A stretch of 64,000 nt of DNA from NCBI RefSeq assembly GCF_945869175.1, contig NZ_CAMBNZ010000003.1, positions 2,545 through 66,544 on the forward strand. Direction: 5' to 3'. Made by a program: the position numbers and the translations under genes. The notes beneath the pieces are model-generated. The model made no database searches. It saw only the letters and a program-made list of their open reading frames with translations, and was not told where the DNA came from. Of the stretch, positions 21,602-31,438 are shown in pieces. This DNA is from Limnohabitans sp. Rim8 (lineage in GTDB: Bacteria; Pseudomonadota; Gammaproteobacteria; Burkholderiales; Burkholderiaceae_C). Numbering within the stretch: the first letter of the stretch is position 1; the number at the start of each line of letters is the position of its first letter.

Positions 21602-22120
21602 TTATTTGCTCACCGAGGCGTTGAGCACCTTGATGACTTTTTCAGTGATGTCGTGCTTGGGATTGAAGTAAGCCGCATCTTGCAAGATCAAGTCGTATCT
21701 TTCAGACTCAGCCACTTGCTTGACGGCACGGCCTGCTTTTTCAAACAGCATTTGGTTCTCTTCGTTCTTGCGGGCACTCAAATCTTCTTGAAATTCGCGC
21801 TGACGCCGCTTCAAATCACGGTCTTGTTCAACCAACTGCTTTTGCTTGGTGACGCGTTGAGATTCTGACAAAGTCGGCGCATCCCGCTCAAATTTTTCAG
21901 CCGCGACCTTGAACCCATTGATCGCATCGTTCAGGTCTTTTTCGCGTTTTAAAAATTCAGATTCGAGCTTGCCTTGAGCCGCTTTGGCGACATTGGAGTC
22001 ACGCAATATACGGTCGGTGTTGACGATGCCAACTTTGAAATCTTGCGCTTGCGCCCAGCCCGTCAAAGCCGATGCACCCGCCAGCAGCGCGACGAGAAGG
22101 TTCTTGCGAATCGTTTTCAT
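21602..22120 (-). CDS. skp: periplasmic chaperone Skp/OmpH
   Basis: 172 aa. It has a signal peptide ([25 protein letters not shown]) and a Lys/Glu/Gln-rich helical body. It lies between bamA and lpxD. Confidence 0.88.
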   Translation of the reverse strand: MKTIRKNLLVALLAGASALTGWAQAQDFKVGIVNTDRILRDSNVAKAAQGKLESEFLKREKDLNDAINGFKVAAEKFERDAPTLSESQRVTKQKQLVEQDRDLKRRQREFQEDLSARKNEENQMLFEKAGRAVKQVAESERYDLILQDAAYFNPKHDITEKVIKVLNASVSK

Positions 22121-24432
22121 TAGAAAGAGGTTCCGATCTGGAATTGGAGTTTCTGGATTTTATCGCCAGTCTGTTGATGGACAGGCGTGGCATAAGAGAA
22201 GCGCAAGGGGCCCATCGGTGAAATCCAGCTCAGGCCGATACCGGCTGATGCACGCAATTCAGACAGTGACACCCTTTCAGCATCACCAAACGCGCGGCCC
22301 ACATCGGTAAATCCGAACAACCGCAAAGTTTTATCATTGCCCGCTCCTGGGAAGGGCACGATGAACTCGGCGTTCAGGACGATCTTTTTAGAACCGCCAA
22401 TGTAGATGCCTGCTGTTTGCGAAGCAGGGCCAAGTGTAGATTGTTCAAAACCCCGAACACTGCCCAAACCGCCCACATAGAAATTCTTGAACAGCGGGTA
22501 TGTTTGACCATTCAAGCCTTGGCCCCAACCCAAATCGGCATTCAGTGCCAGCGTATATTTGTTGCTCAAGGGGTAATAGTACTGGTGCTGGTAGCTGGTT
22601 CGTACATAACGCACATCGCCGGCCAAGCTCAGGTCCGCGTTGAAACGCTGAAAACTGCCTTTTGACGGCACCAAAGCACTGTCTCGACCATCCCTGGCCC
22701 AACCCAAAGTGAGTGGGAATGCGGTACTTTTAAAACCGAAAAGTTGTCCATATTGGTTGTATTCATATGGCAAATTGCCAGCCGTGCCTTTGTCAATGGT
22801 GGTCTGTTCCGCATTCATGCCTAAAAAGACCGTGTCGTTTTCGGTGACGGGCACGCCAAAACGAATCCCTGCACCGGTGTTGACCAAGCTGTAACTGCTC
22901 AAATCGGTGGTCAGATAAGGGCGGGTCGTCCGGTGAAAGATGTCCAATGTTCTGGAGATGCCGTTTTGGGTGAAATAGGGGTCGGTTGTGCTCAAGACCA
23001 GATTGCGGTTGTATTTGCTGGTATTGACTTCAACCGCCAAATAGTTCCCCGAACCGAAGGCGTTTTCCTGACGGATACCGAAGCTCAAGGTCACTTTTTC
23101 GGTGGACGAAAACCCAGCGCCCAAAGAAATGCTGCCCGTTGGCTTTTCAGTCACCGTGAAAGCCAAGTCAACTTGGTCGGGCGCACCAGGAATTTCAACC
23201 GTTTCCACGTTCACTGAGGTGAAAAAGCCCAAACGGTCTACTCGGTCACGTGACAAACGGATCTTGTCACCGTCGTACCAAGCGGCTTCAAACTGGCGAA
23301 ACTCGCGCCGAATCACCTCATCGCGTGTGCGGTTGTTTCCAGCGATCAAAATGCGCCGGACATAAGCACGGCGTGATGGCTCTGCTTGCAAGACGAATTG
23401 CACACGGTTGCTTGAACGGTCAATTTCAGGTTTGACCTCCACGCGGGCAAAAGCAAAACCGAATGTGCCAAAGTAATCCGTGAAGGCTTTGGAGGTCTCT
23501 GCCACCGTCTCGGCGTTGTAGGGCTTGCCAATGGCAATCTTGACCAAAGCCTTGAACTCATCGTCTTTGTTCAGGAAGTTGCCTTCCAACTTGACACCCG
23601 AGACCACAAACCGCTCGCCCTCGGTCACATTGATCGTGATCGCCATTTCCTGCTTGTCTGGAGAAATGGCCACCTGCGTCGAGTCAATCCTAAACTCCAA
23701 GAACCCTCGGGAGAGATAGTAAGAACGCAACGCCTCCAAATCGGCATTGAGCTTGGTGCGGGCATACCGGTCCGACTTGGTGTACCAGCTCATCCAGCCA
23801 CCTGTGTCCAAACTGAATTGGTCTCGCAAATCGGACTCAGAAAATACCTTGTTGCCTACGATCTGGATTTGCTTGATCTTGGCGGGCCCACCTTCTGTGA
23901 TGGTGAAACTCAAATTCACACGGTTGCGATCAACCGGCGTGGCCGTGCTCACCACTTCGGCACCATAAAGGCTGCGATTGATGTACTGGCGCTTGAGTTC
24001 TTGCTCGGCTTTATCGGCCAAGGCTTTGTCGTAGGGCCTGCCTTCGGCCAAACCCACATCTTTGAGCGCTTTGATCAGGACATCTTTGTCAAACTCTTTG
24101 AGGCCAATGAACTCCACCACGGCCACCGATGGACGCTCTTCGACCACCACCACCAAGATGTCACCCTGTGTTTCCAAGCGCACATCTTTGAACAAGCCCA
24201 AAGCAAACAAGGCACGAATTGCAGCGGCCCCTTTTTCATCCGAATACTGATCGCCCACCCGCAGTGGCAAGGAGGCGAAAACAGTGCCGGATTCAATCCG
24301 CTGCAAACCCTCCACACGGATGTCACGCACCGTGAAAGGCTCCACCGCCCAAGTGGGCAAGCAGGCCAACAAGGTCGCCGCCAGCGTCAGTGCAGCAGGT
24401 TGGAGGCGTGGTCGAATGTCAAAAAGATTCAT
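22120..24432 (-). CDS. bamA: outer membrane protein assembly factor BamA
   Basis: 770 aa. It has a signal peptide, POTRA repeats (FTVRDIRVEGLQRI...) and a C-terminal beta-barrel ending in the aromatic terminus QFQIGTSF. Confidence 0.95.
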   Translation of the reverse strand: MNLFDIRPRLQPAALTLAATLLACLPTWAVEPFTVRDIRVEGLQRIESGTVFASLPLRVGDQYSDEKGAAAIRALFALGLFKDVRLETQGDILVVVVEERPSVAVVEFIGLKEFDKDVLIKALKDVGLAEGRPYDKALADKAEQELKRQYINRSLYGAEVVSTATPVDRNRVNLSFTITEGGPAKIKQIQIVGNKVFSESDLRDQFSLDTGGWMSWYTKSDRYARTKLNADLEALRSYYLSRGFLEFRIDSTQVAISPDKQEMAITINVTEGERFVVSGVKLEGNFLNKDDEFKALVKIAIGKPYNAETVAETSKAFTDYFGTFGFAFARVEVKPEIDRSSNRVQFVLQAEPSRRAYVRRILIAGNNRTRDEVIRREFRQFEAAWYDGDKIRLSRDRVDRLGFFTSVNVETVEIPGAPDQVDLAFTVTEKPTGSISLGAGFSSTEKVTLSFGIRQENAFGSGNYLAVEVNTSKYNRNLVLSTTDPYFTQNGISRTLDIFHRTTRPYLTTDLSSYSLVNTGAGIRFGVPVTENDTVFLGMNAEQTTIDKGTAGNLPYEYNQYGQLFGFKSTAFPLTLGWARDGRDSALVPSKGSFQRFNADLSLAGDVRYVRTSYQHQYYYPLSNKYTLALNADLGWGQGLNGQTYPLFKNFYVGGLGSVRGFEQSTLGPASQTAGIYIGGSKKIVLNAEFIVPFPGAGNDKTLRLFGFTDVGRAFGDAERVSLSELRASAGIGLSWISPMGPLRFSYATPVHQQTGDKIQKLQFQIGTSF

Positions 24433-24650
24433 GGAACAACCATTTGGAGATCAATGGCTAAAGTACTAAGGAAAGTCACCATTGACCTGTTGAAAAAAAC
24501 CAGCTGCTTGCCGAAATTTGCTCGTTCAACACAGCAAATTCGCCAGAGGCTACCGGGGTCAAACCGGTCACCTTGAAACAATCCAAGATAATACACCTCG
24601 CAAGGGCGTCAAAGGCTGGCATGCTTGAGCGTCTTGCCGCTCCAAATCCT

Positions 24651-25844
24651 TCACCCCAATGCCAGCACCCGCTGCTTGGCGGCCTCACGGCTGCGGCGGT
24701 CCATGTCGAGCAAGTCGGCCAAATTTTGGGGGCGCACCGCACTGACAGCGCTCAATGTCGCTTCATTGACTTGGTGGATTTGATCGAACCTGATTTGACG
24801 ATTTAAAAATGCCTCTACCGCGATTTCGTTGGCGGCATTGAGCACCGCACAACTGCCGGGTGCGCCTTTCAAGGTGGCCCACGCCAAGCGCAGACCCGGA
24901 AATCGCTCGGGATGACCGTGGTCATCCATCGATTCAAACGTCATGGCGGCCAATGCATGAAAGTCCAAGGCCGCTGCACCCGACACCATGCGCTCGGGCC
25001 AACTCAGGCCGTAGGCGATGGGCACCCGCATATCGGGCGTACCCAGTTGGGCCACGACGGAGTGGTCTTTGTACTGCACCATGGAATGGATCACGCTTTG
25101 AGGGTGAATCACCACCTCCAGTTGGTCCGGCTCCAGGCCAAAAAGATAACGCGCCTCGATGACCTCTAAGGCTTTGTTCATCATGGTGGCCGAGTCGACC
25201 GAAATTTTCCGCCCCATCACCCAATTCGGATGCGCGCAGGCCTGCTCGGGCGTGACCTCTTTCAGCGTCGCGGGATCACGCCCCCGAAACGGACCACCCG
25301 AAGCCGTCAAAATGATTTTTTCGACCCGACGTGACCATGTGGCAGGGTCCTCGGGCAGCGACTGGAAAATGGCCGAGTGTTCACTGTCAATGGGCAAGAG
25401 CACGGCTGCGCCTTCGCGCACCGCAGCCAAAAAGACCTCACCGCCCACCACCAAAGCCTCTTTGTTGGCCAGCAGAAGCTTCTTACCGGCACGCGCCGCA
25501 GCCAAACAGGGTGATAAACCTGCCGCACCCACAATCGCCGCCATGACCGCGTCCACCGGGTCAGCGCAAGCCACGTCATCCAAAGCAGCAGCCCCCCATC
25601 GAACCTGGGTTTTCAAACCCTCGGCCTTGATTTTGTCCGCCAAGGCGCGAGCCGCGTCTTCCTGAACCATCACGGCGACTTCGGGCTTGAACTGCGCACA
25701 TTGCGCCAGCATCAAGTCCACTTGGGTCGATGCGGTCAAGGCGAACACAGAAAACCGATCAGGGTGACGGGCCAAAACATCCAGTGTGCTTTGGCCAATG
25801 GAACCCGTGGAGCCCAAAATGGTGATGCGTTGCTTTGTTTGCAT
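24651..25844 (-). CDS. dxr: 1-deoxy-D-xylulose 5-phosphate reductoisomerase
   Basis: 397 aa. It starts MQTKQRITILGSTGSIGQSTLDV and contains LLANKEALV and IDSEHSAIFQ. Confidence 0.95.
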   Translation of the reverse strand: MQTKQRITILGSTGSIGQSTLDVLARHPDRFSVFALTASTQVDLMLAQCAQFKPEVAVMVQEDAARALADKIKAEGLKTQVRWGAAALDDVACADPVDAVMAAIVGAAGLSPCLAAARAGKKLLLANKEALVVGGEVFLAAVREGAAVLLPIDSEHSAIFQSLPEDPATWSRRVEKIILTASGGPFRGRDPATLKEVTPEQACAHPNWVMGRKISVDSATMMNKALEVIEARYLFGLEPDQLEVVIHPQSVIHSMVQYKDHSVVAQLGTPDMRVPIAYGLSWPERMVSGAAALDFHALAAMTFESMDDHGHPERFPGLRLAWATLKGAPGSCAVLNAANEIAVEAFLNRQIRFDQIHQVNEATLSAVSAVRPQNLADLLDMDRRSREAAKQRVLALG

Positions 25845-25860
25845 GATGAGCGATCTCCAA

Positions 25861-26709
25861 TCAAATCCAGAAAACCAACATCATGGCCAAAGGCAATGTT
25901 GGCAGCAAGGCGTCCACCCGGTCCAACACGCCACCATGCCCGGGCAACAAGCCTGAGCTGTCTTTCATGCCGGCACTGCGTTTGACCAAAGATTCCAACA
26001 AATCGCCCACCACACTCATGGCGGACAGGAACAGCAAGGCAGGCAAGGCCACCCAAGCCCCCCTGGCAAACAACAAAGAGTAAAGGCTCAAATCAAGAAG
26101 CCCCCAACGGCGGTCAAGTTCGACCCAAATCAGAGCCACCAACAAGACGCCCAACATACCGCCCAAAACACCCTCCCAGCTTTTGCCAGGGCTGATGCTG
26201 GCCGCCAGTTTGGTCTTGATCCATCGGCCGCCCACCGCCTTGCCAAAAAAATAAGCAAAAACGTCGGCGGCCCACACCAAGACCAGCAAGGACAACAAGA
26301 AATTGACACCCCGTTGATGTGCCTGCGCCATGGCCACCCACGCCAAAGACAGCAACAACAGGCCGCCCAACCAACGCAGGTTGCGCGGCCAAAGCACCCA
26401 ACCCGACACGCCGCGCAGGATCATCCAGCCCCCAATCAAGACCCAAAAAGCCCCTGCAAACAACCACACCAGCGGGGGCGTGTACTGAACCCACCCCATT
26501 TGATGGGCCAAGGCACACGCCAACAAACACAGCAAGGCGCCAGCCCAAGCCACCGAGGATGACACACCGTTCAGGCGCCCCCATTCCCAAGCGCCCGCCG
26601 AAATGATCACCACCGTCAACACCATGAAGGGCCATGGGTTCACGGTAAACAAGGCCGGCAGCAACAGAGCCAGCAAGATCAGCGCGGTGATCACTCTTTG
26701 TTTGAGCAT
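25861..26709 (-). CDS. cdsA: phosphatidate cytidylyltransferase
   Basis: It is a polytopic membrane protein with the C-terminal CTP-transferase signature SLVKRSAGMKDSSGLLPGHGGVLDRVD. The start is uncertain: ATG at 26709, ATG at 26736 or GTG at 26766, and none has a good SD. Confidence 0.88.
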   Translation of the reverse strand: MLKQRVITALILLALLLPALFTVNPWPFMVLTVVIISAGAWEWGRLNGVSSSVAWAGALLCLLACALAHQMGWVQYTPPLVWLFAGAFWVLIGGWMILRGVSGWVLWPRNLRWLGGLLLLSLAWVAMAQAHQRGVNFLLSLLVLVWAADVFAYFFGKAVGGRWIKTKLAASISPGKSWEGVLGGMLGVLLVALIWVELDRRWGLLDLSLYSLLFARGAWVALPALLFLSAMSVVGDLLESLVKRSAGMKDSSGLLPGHGGVLDRVDALLPTLPLAMMLVFWI

Positions 26710-26719
26710 GGACAGTCCA

Positions 26720-26769
26720 GAAAAAAAGGCCGCCATGGGGCGGCCTGTCAGGCCGTGGTGTGCCACGGC
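26720..26769 (-). terminator. tandem hairpins downstream of frr; the second is a canonical rho-independent terminator
   Basis: On the minus strand the sequence reads GCCGTGG-caca-CCACGGC, then AGGCCGCC-ccat-GGCGGCCT followed by TTTTTTT. The U-tract ends 12 nt before the 26709 cdsA ATG. Confidence 0.7.
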
Positions 26770-26782
26770 AGGGAATTCAAAC

Positions 26783-27343
26783 TCAAACGGCCATGATCTC
26801 TTGTTCTTTGGCGGTCACCAACTGGTCAATCTCGGTCATGCGTTTGTCGGTCAATTTTTGGACATCGGCCTCGGCGCGCTTTTGATCGTCTTCGGAAGCC
26901 TCTTTGTCCTTGACCAACTTTTTAACCGATTCATTGGCGTCTCGGCGCAAATTGCGAATGGCAATTTTGGCGTTTTCACCCTCGGTGCGCGCTAATTTTG
27001 TCATTTCCTTGCGGCGCTCTTCGCTCATGGCGGGCATGGGCACACGGATCAACTCACCCAAGGAGGCAGGGTTCAAGCCCAACTCGCTCTCGCGGATGGC
27101 TTTTTCAATTTTGGCCGCCATGCTTTTCTCCCAAGGCTGCACGCTGATGGTACGCGCGTCCATCAATGACACGTTGGCCACTTGGGACAAAGGCACCAAA
27201 GAGCCGTAATAATCGACATGGATGGTGTCGAGCAGTGCCGGGTTGGCACGACCGGTGCGGATACGGGTCAGGTTGTTTTTGAAAGCCGCGATGGACTGCT
27301 CCATCTTGTTTTCGCAGTTTTTCTTGATGTCTGGAATGGTCAT
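26783..27343 (-). CDS. frr: ribosome recycling factor
   Basis: 186 aa, with sequence typical of Frr: [12 protein letters not shown]...VQPWEKSM...IRNLRRDAN. Confidence 0.95.
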   Translation of the reverse strand: MTIPDIKKNCENKMEQSIAAFKNNLTRIRTGRANPALLDTIHVDYYGSLVPLSQVANVSLMDARTISVQPWEKSMAAKIEKAIRESELGLNPASLGELIRVPMPAMSEERRKEMTKLARTEGENAKIAIRNLRRDANESVKKLVKDKEASEDDQKRAEADVQKLTDKRMTEIDQLVTAKEQEIMAV

Positions 27344-27367
27344 AGGGTTCTCCTCGTCAGAACGTTC

Positions 27368-28090
27368 TCAAGCGTGCACCAAAGTGCCTTCGTCTTCACC
27401 CAAAACCACGCGCTTCAAAGCGCCGTTTTTGATGATCGAAAACACCTTGATCGGCAACTTTTGGTCGCGGCACAAAGCAAATGCGGTGGCATCCATGATG
27501 CCCAGATTGCGCGAAATGGCTTCATCGAAACTGATTTTGCTGTAACGCGTCGCATTGGGGTCTTTTTTAGGGTCAGCCGAATAAACACCATCGACCTTGG
27601 TGGCCTTGAGTACCATTTCGGCACCAATTTCGGCCCCCCGCAAGGCTGCCGCGGTGTCGGTGGTGAAAAATGGATTGCCCGTGCCCGCCGCGAAAACCAC
27701 CACTTTACCCTCTTCCAGGTACTGCAAAGCTTTGGGGCGAACGTAAGGCTCCACCACTTGATCGATGCCAATGGCCGACATCACACGCGCCGTCAACCCC
27801 GCCTTGTCCAAGGCATCCGCCAGGGCCAAGGAGTTCATCACCGTGGCCAGCATGCCCATGTAATCGGCCGTTGCGCGGTCCATGCCCACCGAACCCCCTG
27901 CCACACCCCGGAAAATGTTGCCGCCACCAATGACCACGGCCACTTGCACCCCCAGCCGATTGATCTCAGCGATTTCTTCGGCCATGCGCACGATGGTGGC
28001 ACGGTTGATGCCAAAAGCATCGTCGCCCATCAAGGCCTCGCCGGACAGCTTGAGCAAAATGCGCTTAAAGGCTGGCTTGGCTGAAGACAT
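27368..28090 (-). CDS. pyrH: UMP kinase
   Basis: The ORF is trimmed to the ATG at 28090 ([22 protein letters not shown]). GGGNIFRG is present. Length is 240 aa. Confidence 0.94.
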   Translation of the reverse strand: MSSAKPAFKRILLKLSGEALMGDDAFGINRATIVRMAEEIAEINRLGVQVAVVIGGGNIFRGVAGGSVGMDRATADYMGMLATVMNSLALADALDKAGLTARVMSAIGIDQVVEPYVRPKALQYLEEGKVVVFAAGTGNPFFTTDTAAALRGAEIGAEMVLKATKVDGVYSADPKKDPNATRYSKISFDEAISRNLGIMDATAFALCRDQKLPIKVFSIIKNGALKRVVLGEDEGTLVHA

Positions 28091-28149
28091 GATGGACTCC
28101 TTGGTGGTCAATTTGAAAGGTGAAATGGCGATTGAACGGGTCAATGGAC

Positions 28150-29043
28150 TCAGGCTGCGCCTTGAGCCGCTGCCACCTGAGCAGCCACTTCGGCTGCGAA
28201 GTCATCGACTTTCTTTTCAATGCCTTCGCCCACCACGTACAAAGTGAAGGCGTTCACGGTGGTCCCAGCAGCCTTGAGCATTTGCTCAACGGTTTGCTTG
28301 TCATTTTTCACGAAAGTCTGATTGAACAAAGACACTTCTTTGAGGTACTTTTGAACAGAACCTTCGACCATTTTGGTGACGATGTCGGCAGGCTTGCCAG
28401 ATTCAGCCGCTTTGGCAGCAGCCACTGAGCGCTCTTTTTCAATCAACTCGGCAGGCACTTCAGCGCTGGTCAAAGACACCGGCTTCATGGCGGCCACGTG
28501 CATGGCCACATCTTTGGCGGCTGTGGGGTCACCTGCAAACTCAACCAAAACGCCGATGCGGGTACCGTGCAAATAGTTGGCGATCTGGGCACCACCGGCA
28601 GCACGCTTGAAGCGGCGGAAGCTCATGTTTTCACCGATTTTGCCGATCAGGCCCTTGCGCACTTCTTCCAGGGTGGGGCCAAAACCGTCTTGGCTGTAAG
28701 GCAACTCGCCCAAAGCAGCGATGTCAGCAGGGTTGTGTTCGGCCACCAACTGGGCAGCGGCATTGGCCAAAGCCAAGAAGCTGTCATTTTTGGTCACAAA
28801 GTCGGTTTCGCAGTTGACTTCGATCATGGCGCCTGTGGTGCCGTTGACAAAACTGGTCACGACGCCCTCCGCGGTCACGCGAGAGGCAGCCTTGCCGGCC
28901 TTGGTGCCCAGCTTGACGCGCAGCAGCTCTTCTGCTTTGGACATGTCGCCTTCTGCTTCCGTGAGGGCTTTTTTGCACTCCATCATGGGGGCGTCGGTTT
29001 TTGCGCGCAGTTCAGCGACCATGCTTGCGGTGATTGCAGCCAT
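28150..29043 (-). CDS. tsf: translation elongation factor Ts
   Basis: 297 aa. It starts [42 protein letters not shown]. Confidence 0.95.
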   Translation of the reverse strand: MAAITASMVAELRAKTDAPMMECKKALTEAEGDMSKAEELLRVKLGTKAGKAASRVTAEGVVTSFVNGTTGAMIEVNCETDFVTKNDSFLALANAAAQLVAEHNPADIAALGELPYSQDGFGPTLEEVRKGLIGKIGENMSFRRFKRAAGGAQIANYLHGTRIGVLVEFAGDPTAAKDVAMHVAAMKPVSLTSAEVPAELIEKERSVAAAKAAESGKPADIVTKMVEGSVQKYLKEVSLFNQTFVKNDKQTVEQMLKAAGTTVNAFTLYVVGEGIEKKVDDFAAEVAAQVAAAQGAA

Positions 29044-29077
29044 TTGATTTCTCCGTATTCAGTCAAAAAGTTAAATT

Positions 29078-29104
29078 AAAAAAAAGGGGCCACAAAGCCC
29101 CTTT
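29078..29104 (-). terminator. rho-independent attenuator/terminator in the rpsB-tsf intergenic region
   Basis: On the minus strand the hairpin is GGGGC-tttgtg-GCCCC followed by TTTTTTTT. An rpsB-tsf attenuator in this position is known in E. coli. Confidence 0.65.
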
Positions 29105-29121
29105 CATCGAGTCTTGGGAAC

Positions 29122-29871
29122 TCAGGCAGAAGCGTTTTCTTCTTCAACAAACTCGTCAGCGCCTTCGGTGACGGCTTTGACCACATCGTTGACCGCATTG
29201 GCGCGCCCTTCGATGATGGCGTCAGCGATGCCGCGGGCGTACAAGGCCACGGCCTTGGCCGAGTCGTCGTTGCCCGGAATGATGTAGTCAATGCCTTCGG
29301 GCGAGTGGTTGGAGTCCACCACACCAATCAATGGAATGCCCAATTTCTTGGCTTCCGAGATGGCAATTTTGTGGTAACCAACGTCGATCACGAAAATGGC
29401 ATCTGGCAAAGCGGCCATATCCTGGATGCCCCCGATGTCTTTTTCGAGCTTTTCCATCTCGCGCTTGAACATCAGTTGCTCTTTTTTGCTTAAGGCTTCG
29501 AGACCCACTTCTTGCTGAGCTTTCATGTCCTTCAGGCGCTTGATCGAGGTCTTGACGGTTTTGAAGTTGGTCAACATGCCGCCCAACCAGCGCTGGTCGA
29601 CGAAAGGCACACCGGCGCGCAGAGCTTCTGAAGCCACCATTTCACGGGCTTGGCGCTTGGTGCCGACCATCAAAATGGTGCCCCGGTTGGCCGACAATTG
29701 CTTGGCGAACTTGATCGCGTCCTGGAACATCGGCAGCGATTTTTCCAGGTTGATGATGTGAATTTTGTTGCGGTGACCGAAGATGAAGGGGGCCATCTTG
29801 GGGTTCCAGAAACGGGTTTGGTGGCCAAAGTGGACACCGGCTTCCAGCATTTCGCGCATGGTAACGGACAT
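29122..29871 (-). CDS. rpsB: 30S ribosomal protein S2
   Basis: The ORF-track 361 aa is trimmed to the ATG at 29871 ([26 protein letters not shown]), giving 250 aa. GGAG lies 8 nt upstream. Confidence 0.95.
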   Translation of the reverse strand: MSVTMREMLEAGVHFGHQTRFWNPKMAPFIFGHRNKIHIINLEKSLPMFQDAIKFAKQLSANRGTILMVGTKRQAREMVASEALRAGVPFVDQRWLGGMLTNFKTVKTSIKRLKDMKAQQEVGLEALSKKEQLMFKREMEKLEKDIGGIQDMAALPDAIFVIDVGYHKIAISEAKKLGIPLIGVVDSNHSPEGIDYIIPGNDDSAKAVALYARGIADAIIEGRANAVNDVVKAVTEGADEFVEEENASA

Positions 29872-29988
29872 AGTGAATACTCCAAAGGTTGTGTCTAAAA
29901 CCAGTCCACTGATTCGGCTCGCTTGAGGAAGCAAGAGGAACACCTTGACGGGACGGGTTCGCGGATGAACTTTGTTGACCTGAAACAG

Positions 29989-30015
29989 GTCTTTTGGAGT
30001 TGACTCCCAAAAGAC
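29989..30015 (-). promoter_or_regulatory. stable hairpin in the rpsB 5' leader (11 bp with one bulged C)
   Basis: The mRNA reads GUCUUUUGGGAG-ucaa-CUCCAAAAGAC. It lies between a TATAAT at 30043..30048 and the start codon. Its 3' arm is also complementary to the rpsB SD region. Confidence 0.45.
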
Positions 30016-30042
30016 ACCGTTCGCGGTACACAAAGCCTTAGG

Positions 30043-30071
30043 ATTATAGCACCCAGACACCCTACTTTCGA
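30043..30071 (-). promoter_or_regulatory. putative sigma70 promoter of rpsB
   Basis: On the minus strand there is a perfect TATAAT (30048..30043). TCGAAA (4/6 match to TTGACA) lies 17 nt upstream. Confidence 0.35.
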
Positions 30072-30082
30072 GGCGTTTTCCC

Positions 30083-31438
30083 ATGAAATCCGACCTGACC
30101 GCGACGCGCGAAGCCCTGTTCACCGGCCAAAAAACGGCTCTGGAGGTTGCGCAGGCTTGCCTGGACATCGCAGAAAGCGCGGCCTGTGCGCATGTCTTCA
30201 GAAGCATTTCTGGCGAAAGCTTGAAAACCGCCGCAGCTCACCACCATGCACCCCATCAAACACTGGCAGGCTTGGCCGTCTCGGTCAAAGACTTGTTTGA
30301 CATGCAGGGAGAAAACACCGCCGCAGGGTCCATCGTGCTGCAAAACCAGCCGCCAGCGGCGCATGATGCCGCAGCCGTCGCACGGTTACGCGCCGCAGGC
30401 GCAGGCTTCATTGGCCGCACCCACATGGTTGAATTTGCCTTTTCTGGGGTGGGCATCAACCCACACCACGGCACACCTGCCGCTTGGGACGCTTTGACCG
30501 ACACGCCTGCAGGTTCACCTCTGGCCGCCCATGCGCCCGGTGGCTCCAGCTCGGGCGCAGCGGTGTCGGTGGCCACGGGTGCTGCGTTCATTGGCCTTGG
30601 CTCGGACACGGGGGGCTCCATTCGCATCCCCGCCGCCCTGAACGGCATTGTGGGTTTCAAAAACACCGCTCGGCGGGTGCCCACCCAAGGCGCTTTGCCC
30701 TTGTCCACCACGCTGGACACGGTGTGTGCCATGACCCGCTCGGTCAGAGACGCGGTATTGGCCCATGAAGTGCTTTCTGCCCGAAAAGTGCCCACATCCA
30801 CACGCCCCCTGTCCTCTTACCGACTGGCGGTGGCTCAAAACTTGATGCAAGACGGCATGGACAGCGGCGTCACCCGTGCGTTTGAGCGCAGCTTGAAAAA
30901 CCTGCGAGCCGCTGGCGCCCATATCGAAGAAATCCCATTGACCGAACTGCTCGACATCGCCCCCATGATGGCCACAGGAGGATTTAGCCCCGCCGAAAGC
31001 CATGCCTGGCACCGCGAGCTGCTGGCTCAGCATGCCGATCAATACGACCCGCGCGTGGCGATGCGCATCCAACGGGGCGCCCAGATGGCGGCTCATGAGT
31101 ACATCCAGTTGCTCAAAACCCGCACCGACTGGATTTGCCGCATGGAAAAACGTTTGCATCGCTTTGACGCGGTGTTGTCGCCCACGACGCCCATCACGTC
31201 TCCGCTCATCCGTGCTGTGGCACCAGGCACCGAGCGCGATGCAGAATTTTTCCGAGTGAATGCCTTGCTGCTGCGCAATCCCAGTGCCATCAACACACTG
31301 GACGGCTGTGCCATTTCCTTGCCCTGCCACGCGCCTGGGGAGATGCCCGTGGGTTTGATGGCTTGGCACACCGCCATGCACGATGACACCATTTTGCAGC
31401 TTGCCCTGCTGCTGGAGCCGTTGCTGCAACACCAATGA
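30083..31438 (+). CDS. amidase-signature family amidase (GatA-like fold, substrate unknown)
   Basis: 451 aa. It has the catalytic Lys context VSVKDLFD and the AS signature [41 protein letters not shown]. Confidence 0.85.
   Translation: MKSDLTATREALFTGQKTALEVAQACLDIAESAACAHVFRSISGESLKTAAAHHHAPHQTLAGLAVSVKDLFDMQGENTAAGSIVLQNQPPAAHDAAAVARLRAAGAGFIGRTHMVEFAFSGVGINPHHGTPAAWDALTDTPAGSPLAAHAPGGSSSGAAVSVATGAAFIGLGSDTGGSIRIPAALNGIVGFKNTARRVPTQGALPLSTTLDTVCAMTRSVRDAVLAHEVLSARKVPTSTRPLSSYRLAVAQNLMQDGMDSGVTRAFERSLKNLRAAGAHIEEIPLTELLDIAPMMATGGFSPAESHAWHRELLAQHADQYDPRVAMRIQRGAQMAAHEYIQLLKTRTDWICRMEKRLHRFDAVLSPTTPITSPLIRAVAPGTERDAEFFRVNALLLRNPSAINTLDGCAISLPCHAPGEMPVGLMAWHTAMHDDTILQLALLLEPLLQHQ

Noticed and set aside
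24476-24742. An 88-aa minus-strand ORF spanning the dxr 3' end and the dxr-bamA gap, considered as a possible rseP remnant.
   Set aside because: It overlaps dxr by 92 nt in another frame. I translated all three minus frames of the gap and saw no HExxH, PDZ or RseP C-terminal similarity.
29872-30207. N-terminal extensions in the ORF track. Examples are rpsB at 361 aa, folP at 360 aa, fabZ at 209 aa, the quinone oxidoreductase at 433 aa, phaR at 242 aa and glmM at 470 aa.
   Set aside because: Alignment to well-known N-termini places the real starts at internal ATG or GTG codons. The extensions run through neighbouring genes or intergenic DNA.
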